A stretch of DNA of 64,000 bases from positions 74,449-138,448 of the forward strand of contig JAWDMB010000001.1 in NCBI GenBank assembly GCA_046536795.1, in the 5' to 3' direction. Of the stretch, positions 62,520 to 64,000 are shown piece by piece (within the stretch, counting starts at the first letter, position 1; every line of letters starts with the position of its first letter). The translations under genes and the position numbers were made by a program. The notes under the pieces were generated by a model. It ran no database searches. It was given only the letters and a program-made list of their open reading frames with translations, and had not been told where the DNA came from. The stretch is from Candidatus Micrarchaeota archaeon. GTDB taxonomy: Archaea > Micrarchaeota > Micrarchaeia > Micrarchaeales > CABMGC01.

Positions 62520-63262
62520 TCTTTAAGCCACTTCATTCTATTTTTAAACAATTTATTTGCAACTACTCTTGAGAAGTTTCCAGCATTTATCTCTAATCCG
62601 TTGTTATCTTTTACCGAACCAAACTCTATCTTTATATAATCTCCTGGATGTGCTGCGCTTATATATTCGCATGACGAATCCCAGAAGGCCGCGTTTAAGT
62701 TCACTAGCCCATCGCTTAGTGTGCATCTTGCAACCTTCCTCTGCTTGCCGTTCTGGTCATCAAAGTATTTTGCAGGACCTATTGCAACAACCTTTGCCAA
62801 AATATCTATATTATTTTCACCTATCTTAAGAGTAGAAAAGTCGCTTATACCTGTATTAGAGGCACTAATGCGCGTAAAGAAGGTGTTTCCTCTGCTTGAG
62901 AGCTCAAGTTCGTTAAGGCCTTTTCTTACAAGCAAATTGTTTATATACACTTTGTCCTGTCTTTCGATAGGGATCATGTCAACAAGTGCAGACGACTTGT
63001 CCCAGAGCGTTACCCTCACACTTTTTTCAACATCGCCTAATATAATAGTTCTTACGTGCCTTTCTCTTCCGTCTTTTTCAAAGCGCCTAGGGTTAAATAC
63101 CCTGTAAACATAATCTTCTATATCGACAAGTTCCCCTTCACTAACTTTGCCAGATAAAATATCATCTACCTTAATCTTTCTAGGTTTTGACAGATTCGAA
63201 GCTGCCTCTCTGCTTATCATGCCAGAATAAGCATCTATATCTTCGTTGCTTTCATCAGCCAT
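62516..63262 (-). CDS. RPA-like ssDNA-binding protein with two OB folds
   Basis: 248 aa. Two OB-like repeats (VRTIILGDVEKSVRVTLWD...VYINNL and VARCTLSDGLVNLNAAFWD...GDYIKIEFG). Confidence 0.6.
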   Translation of the reverse strand: MADESNEDIDAYSGMISREAASNLSKPRKIKVDDILSGKVSEGELVDIEDYVYRVFNPRRFEKDGRERHVRTIILGDVEKSVRVTLWDKSSALVDMIPIERQDKVYINNLLVRKGLNELELSSRGNTFFTRISASNTGISDFSTLKIGENNIDILAKVVAIGPAKYFDDQNGKQRKVARCTLSDGLVNLNAAFWDSSCEYISAAHPGDYIKIEFGSVKDNNGLEINAGNFSRVVANKLFKNRMKWLKD

Positions 63263-63294
63263 AATATTTATTCAGCAAAACATCCTTAAATTTT

Positions 63295-64000
63295 TTATAG
63301 TGTGGGAGCAGCAGCCCGCATAATATTAAATAGCGGACCAGGATATATGCCGAATAAAAGTATAATCGCAATAGAGATAAGTAAGGCAATGGATATAGGG
63401 GCCCCAAGCTTAATTGGTTTAGCTCCTTCTCTGTTTGTATATACAGCAATTATAATTTTTGCATAATAATAAATTGAGATTACAGTGTTTATTATGCCCA
63501 GCACTGCAAGCCAGGCAAAATTTGAATATATAGCGCTAGAGAATAGGAGGAATTTGCCTACAAATCCGGCTGTAAAAGGCATGCCTATCATTGAAAGAAG
63601 CATCAATGAGAGTGCAAAAGAAGCGAGCTTATTCTCTTTGTTAAGCCCTATATACTCTATTATCTCTTTTCTTTCTTTTCTTTCGAGGAAAGTCACAACG
63701 GCAAAAGCCCCTATAAACGCAAATACGTGTGCGAATATCTGGAAAGTACTAGCGGCAAAACCATATTTGCTCATCGAAGCAATGCCTATTAATATATAGC
63801 CAACTTGTGAAATAGATGAATAAGCAAGTATTCTCTTTACATTTTTTTGAACTAGTGCAGCAAGATTACCATAAAACATTGTAAGCACTGCGAGTATAAG
63901 TAAAAGATCCTGGGAGATGAACGGAAACATAAGTATTGAAATATAAATAAGTGCGATAAGCCCAACCTTCTTGTTTAAGCCGCCAAGCATTGATGTTATA
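63295..64000 (-). CDS. NuoN/Mrp-type proton-translocating membrane subunit, C-terminal part (gene continues beyond window)
   Basis: RILAYSSISQVGYILIG and the surrounding TM pattern are typical of complex I subunit N / antiporter-like subunits. The frame is open to the window edge. Confidence 0.7.
   Translation of the reverse strand, partial: ITSMLGGLNKKVGLIALIYISILMFPFISQDLLLILAVLTMFYGNLAALVQKNVKRILAYSSISQVGYILIGIASMSKYGFAASTFQIFAHVFAFIGAFAVVTFLERKERKEIIEYIGLNKENKLASFALSLMLLSMIGMPFTAGFVGKFLLFSSAIYSNFAWLAVLGIINTVISIYYYAKIIIAVYTNREGAKPIKLGAPISIALLISIAIILLFGIYPGPLFNIMRAAAPTL

Noticed and set aside
1-64000. Search for CRISPR arrays, transposases, integrases, toxin-antitoxin pairs, restriction-modification or other defence islands, inteins and rRNA genes.
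   Set aside because: I found no regularly spaced direct repeats. No recombinase, transposase or nuclease-methylase motifs appear in any ORF. GyrA, GyrB, RadA, Orc1, PriS and Lhr are of normal length without intein-like insertions. No rRNA-like sequence was seen. The window appears to be core chromosome.

Overview
This is a visibly AT-rich, very gene-dense stretch of archaeal chromosome, not an accessory island. All calls come from reading the translations and folding RNAs by hand; no database search was run. I call 80 protein genes (one partial at the window edge) and 6 tRNAs; no rRNA, CRISPR array, transposase or integrase was recognised. Core content: the archaeal exosome-proteasome superoperon (Rpp30, Pop5, PsmA, SBDS, Rrp4, Rrp41, Rrp42, eL43, an unknown 122-aa protein, RpoP); Orc1/Cdc6; ADP-forming acetyl-CoA synthetase; an Mre11-like and DHH nuclease pair; Lhr helicase; GyrB-GyrA; TFE; the eL42-aIF2alpha-PAC2 cluster; RadA; DphB; Taw1; Dcd; Tmk; PriS; and a ribosomal block uL3-uL4-uL23-uL2-uS19-uL22-uS3-uL29-SUI1. 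The tRNA splicing endonuclease has three units, the epsilon2 type described so far from ARMAN-2, which suggests a Micrarchaeota/DPANN-like genome. The most interesting material is: (i) this endonuclease together with a tRNA-Gly carrying an 11-nt mini-intron in a bulge-helix-loop context and a tRNA-Tyr with a 28-nt intron; (ii) a tandem AAA+ ATPase of the Cdc48 type whose N-domain is replaced by a ~350-residue polytopic membrane domain; (iii) a type IV pilin-like protein with a LamG-like domain, plus an A24 prepilin peptidase; (iv) lineage-specific extensions on TFE and uL22; (v) several candidate small RNAs and operators in the few non-coding gaps. I found no clear multi-gene novel system such as a defence island.
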